Shown piece by piece: positions 61,935-64,000 of a stretch of 64,000 nucleotides of DNA. The translations under genes were made by a program, and so were the position numbers. The notes under the pieces are model-generated. The model saw only the letters and a list, made by a program, of their open reading frames with translations. It did no database searches and was not told the origin of the DNA. The stretch is from the NCBI GenBank assembly GCA_964016885.1, contig OZ024740.1, forward strand, positions 6,386,001-6,450,000, given 5' to 3'. The DNA is from Eledone cirrhosa (lineage: Eukaryota). Each line of letters opens with the position of its first letter. Position 1 is the stretch's first letter.

Positions 61935-63738
61935 AGAATGATCAGAAAAAGGAGGCCTGGAAATGTCATTATGAGAGACTGATGAATGTGGAGAATGAAT
62001 GGGAGAGAGAGAAATTACCCTCAGTAGATCCGATAGAGGAACCAGCTATTGAGATTGATGAATATAGGGTCCAAGAGGCGATTAAGGAAATGAAAAATGG
62101 TAAGGCTGCTGGACCGTCGGGGATAGTTGATGAGATACTGAAGGCATCAGGGGACGTAGGCACTAAACTGGTTGCACGCATCATCAATCAGGCTATATAT
62201 GGTGGTGTCATACCCAAAGACTGGTGCAGCAGTATTCTCATAAATTGCTACAAAGGTAAAGGGGATGCTCGGGAGAGGAGCAATTATAGGGTTATAAAAC
62301 TGATGGATCAGGTTATGAAAGTGGCAGAAAGGATATTAGTACAACTAATTAGAGAAAGGGTCAAATTAGATGAGATGCAGTTTGGTTTTGTGCCTGGGAA
62401 GAGTACAACAGATGCCCTCTTCTTGGTGAGACAATTGCAAGAGAGGTTCTTAGAGAAGAATAAGCCACTATACTTAGCCTTTGTTGACCTAGAGAAGGCC
62501 TTTGATAGGGTACCCCGATCTGTCATCTGGTGGTCCCTAAGGAAACTAGGTGTTGAGGAATAGCTTGTGAGGACTGCAAACTTTGTACAGAGGTGATGTC
62601 AGTAAAGTCAGGGTAGGAATGGAGTTTAGTGAGGAATTCCAGATACAAGTAGGAGTACATCAAGGTTCGGTCCACAGCCCGCTCTTGTTCATTATAGTCC
62701 TCCAAGCCATAACAGAGGAGTTTAAGACTGGCTGTCCATGGGAACTTCTCTATGCTGGCGATCTGGTTCTTATAGCAGAATCAGTAGAGGAGCTAGAGAA
62801 TAAATTCTGGCTATGGAAACAGCAGTTGGAAGCAAGAGGACTGAGAGTGAACTTAGATAAGACAAAAGTGTTGATGAGTAGAAAAGAGGAGAAAACTCTG
62901 ATTCCATCAGGGAAATGGCCATGTTCGATATGCAGAAAAGGAACTGGCATAAATTCTATAAAATGCACACAATGCAGATCCTGGGTACACAAGAGATGTA
63001 GTGGGATAGCAGGCAAACTAACAGGTAGGGAGAAATATGTATGCAGTAGATGTACAGGGAAATTAGACAGTAGAAGTCGCATTGATAGACACATTTTTCA
63101 AATGCAGGCGGGTGCTATAGAAGTGGTGGATAGCTTCTGGTACCTAGGAGATTAGATTAGCATGGGAGGGGGGTGTTCTGAGGCCATAGTATCTAGAATA
63201 AGGACGGATTGGAAGAAGTTTAGGGAGCTGCTTCCTCTGCTGACGAAGAAGGGTTTCTCCCTGTGTACGAAAGGCCGGTTATATGATGCCTGTGTGAGGA
63301 GCACGATGCTGCATGGTAGTGAGACATGGGCAGCAACTGCAGAGGATATGCGATGGCTGGAGAGAAATGAAGCAAGCATCCTCCATTGGATGTGCAATGT
63401 CAATGTACGTGAACGACCCAGCATGAATGTGTTGAGAGAGAAACTGTGTCTGAGAGGGATAGAATGTAGCGTACGGGAGAGGACACTGAGGTGGTATGGA
63501 CATGTGCGTGGAGGATGACCGATGGGTGAAGAAGTGCCAGGAAATGCCATTTGAAGGAAGACGTGGTAGAAGTAGACCACGAAAAACATGGGCGGAGGTG
63601 GTGAGAACAGACCTCAGATCATTGAAGCTAACGGTGGAGATGACGAAGGACCATGACAAGTGGAGAGATGCTGTGCTGAATAAGACCCATCCCACCCTTG
63701 CAAGCAGGGAAAAGCAGACGTAAAATGATGATGATGAT
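61935..63738 (+). mobile_element. 5'-truncated LINE-A (short-tail subfamily): RT with PHD-like finger, few stops
   Basis: ORFs 61982-62563, 62583-63155, 63162-63518 and 63496-63723; ends cccttgcaagcagggaaaagcagacgtaaaatgatgatg. Confidence 0.92.
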
Positions 63739-64000
63739 ATATATATATATTGTGTAGTGCTCAGGTGCACCACTACTCATCAAAGGTGCATGTATCCTTG
63801 GTTGTCCATCGTAAACGATGATGACATCTTCTTTATTTTAGTTCCCGTCTGCCATTGGCACAAAGGTGGCTGTGGAGCCCGATCTTTGACTTGCAGGTCC
63901 GGGGACAGTGGGGGCAGGGGAAGAGACCGGAGTCGCTTGGGGCAGCTGTTGATGCCTTTCTCCTCCTTTCACTGGCCTCAGTGACCTCTGCCCATCTCTT

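Overview
Eukaryotic, repeat-saturated animal DNA; the TE and SINE repertoire suggests an octopod cephalopod (inference). The only host gene I can support is a kinesin-14 of the KIF25 type on the + strand: one internal motor-domain exon (36568-36723) and the last coding exon (58994-59199). The preceding DLAGSE exon was not found, so most of the window is probably intronic. Retroelements: an intact-ORF R4/Dong element in a (TAA)n tract, a decayed R4-like element, two inverted RTE copies with C2H2 fingers, many fragments of an RTE-like LINE with a PHD-type finger inside the RT region, CRE-like and Expander/Rex3-like remnants, and a Naiad-type Penelope element. There are also CORE-type and other SINEs, a TTAA-flanked MITE and many minisatellites. 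Most striking: (1) small fold-back inserts in (TA)n carrying minimal hammerhead ribozymes, including a two-strand mirrored pair and a compensatory U3-A8 core; (2) a PHD finger between late RT motifs; (3) the same short TE segments repeatedly amplified into minisatellites; (4) an inverted duplication that preserves the empty target site of the Dong insertion. All structures were read by eye; no searches or folding were run.
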